Shown one piece after another: positions 62,246 through 64,000 of a DNA stretch of 64,000 nucleotides (positions are counted from its first letter, which is position 1; each line of letters begins with the position of its first letter). Source of the stretch: Phoronis australis (Eukaryota; Animalia; Phoronida); assembly GCA_002633005.1 (NCBI GenBank), contig NMRA01000049.1:778321-842320 (forward strand). Direction: 5' to 3'. Under the pieces are notes generated by a model. It was not told where the DNA came from and made no database searches. It saw only the letters and a list, made by a program, of their open reading frames with translations. Position numbers and translations under genes: made by a program.

Positions 62246-63679
62246 GCAAAATGTACTTATTTTCATGACGTGCATGATAATGCAGAAGTCAGAGGTTCAG
62301 CACATTGGGGGAAACGTGCGAGGCATTGTAAATTTTTGTTAAGACTTCACGTGCAGCTGTTGCATGTTCAGGGCATCTTTCAAGAAATTAGAATGGGATG
62401 AATTTCTACATATGCATGATAAAAATGAGCAGGGGATTTATGTTAAATGATCTGTGCATTTTCTCAGAGTTGTGCAAAAATTCAACTCAATCTCCCCAAC
62501 TTACATGTAAAGAAAAAGAATCGGTGTGTCTAAGAACAGTCGTACTGCGGAACTTTGTCTGAAATGAGTGAAAACCGACTTCTGTACGTCCGGCTTATGC
62601 GAGCTTTACCGTACCTGTAACTGAAAGCAATCAAAACTGTATTATCTCTCTTTGCTGTTTACATTGTTTTTATCAACTAGTGCCAGTATTCTCCATACTT
62701 GTGTTCAAGGTGTCGCAAGCACCATGTTATAAGTTCTGTGCTGTGTTTGAAAAGCTTGAGCCAATGGTTAAAAACCTCACAGTCATGTTTAAAATCTTGA
62801 ATCATTTTTGAAAAGCCAAATTTCTCTCCTTTACATCACAAATAGTGGTACTTGCTTCTATTCTCTGGTAAAATGATAGGGACATACTTTGCAAATGAAA
62901 ATGATGTGTAGCTATTCATATAGTTTCAAAACAAAAAGGACAATGTAAAAGTTTGACAAAGTTTCAACAAAGTCACACAAAACCACGACAAAATGTCCAT
63001 TTGTTATTGACTAGAACACATTTCTGTTCTGGCAATTCTCAGCAAAAAATTCACAGGTGTGACTCCAGGCACTTTGTCGAAATCACCATGTCTTGCCTTG
63101 CAAATCCTTGATGCACAATTAGCAGCTAGTCTCAATGTCATGTCAAAGCTTGACAAAAAATCACATTTTATTGCCACAAATGTGTGACTAAATTGCCGAA
63201 TAATTCTCACGAGAAGTTTGTCCATGGGCAGAGTCTGACAGAGTTCTGATGAAGTCTGTCCAGTTTATTTGGAAAACTACTATGCTCAGTTATTTCTGCA
63301 GGATTTAGACCAAAACACGTGAGGAGCAGTTGGCACTATGTTTGAATTTTTGTTCTGATGGGGAGAGCCCTGAGTGCAGATGCAATACTGCTTCTATAGT
63401 AGATTAGTGGTGAGAAACCATTCAGTGCTTTTAGAATTGTTGAGGGAATTGGAAACTACTTTTGACTGCAGGTGAGTCAGTACAAAGTGGACATGTATTC
63501 ACTTGATTGTGCAGTTTGTAGAATTTGTGAAAGCAATTTGTGAGGTTGAAAATTTCAGTTATCAGCTCACAGGCATTGCCTTTTGGTGATACTGGTTCTC
63601 CATAATAATAACCAGTTAGTTAAAGGTGAAGGCAACTTTTTAGAGTCACTTTTGGTCGATTTTAAATTTTCTTGAATTT

Positions 63680-63711
63680 TCCGGAGCTCTAATTTTAATT
63701 AGAGCTCCGGA
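63680..63711. repeat. Perfect 15-bp-arm hairpin
   Basis: tccggagctctaatt-tt-aattagagctccgga. Confidence 0.9.
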
Positions 63712-64000
63712 TGTGTTTGCGACACGATTCATGGTGGACAATTCTAAATTGTAACCTAGATTTTCTGCAATTATTTGCCTCCGAGGAGTATTCTGACGTT
63801 CTTGGATTGAGCTAGAGTTCAGTGGGATTTAGCCCTCATTTGATCTGCAGTGGATAGGACATAGCTGGAGTCGATGTATACAAAGATGGGTGAAAAATTT
63901 GGGCTTTGAAACACATAATTAAGGAATTAGCTTGAAAATTTACCTAAGGTAACCAGAAAATCGTCATTTAAACCAAAAATGACTTAAGTACAGCTGCCTT

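Overview
Invertebrate animal genomic DNA (AT-rich, spliceosomal introns, many transposon relics; a lophotrochozoan-type host is an inference). The main feature is an ~11.5-kb intronless multimodular nonribosomal peptide synthetase (NRPS) locus on + (16611-28124). Its architecture reads halfC-A1-T1-E-C-A2-T2-C-A3-T3-E...TE. The A1 pocket is Cys-like and there are two epimerase domains. The first 7.8 kb is open, while the 3' part carries nonsense codons, deletions and a Penelope-like insertion with a hammerhead motif. Two ordinary host genes could be assembled by hand: a 7-exon RING-Bbox-Bbox-CC-COS-FN3-FN3 TRIM gene on - (45611-31451) and a 3-exon SLC25A35-like mitochondrial carrier on + (53446-57836). 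The rest is repeats: an IS3EU-like transposon end with a spliced HTH gene relic, a 2.6-kb THAP-bearing palindrome, LINE relics, Penelope pLTR/hammerhead units, tRNA-derived SINEs, MITEs and mini/microsatellites. All family calls come from motif recognition by eye; no database searches were run.
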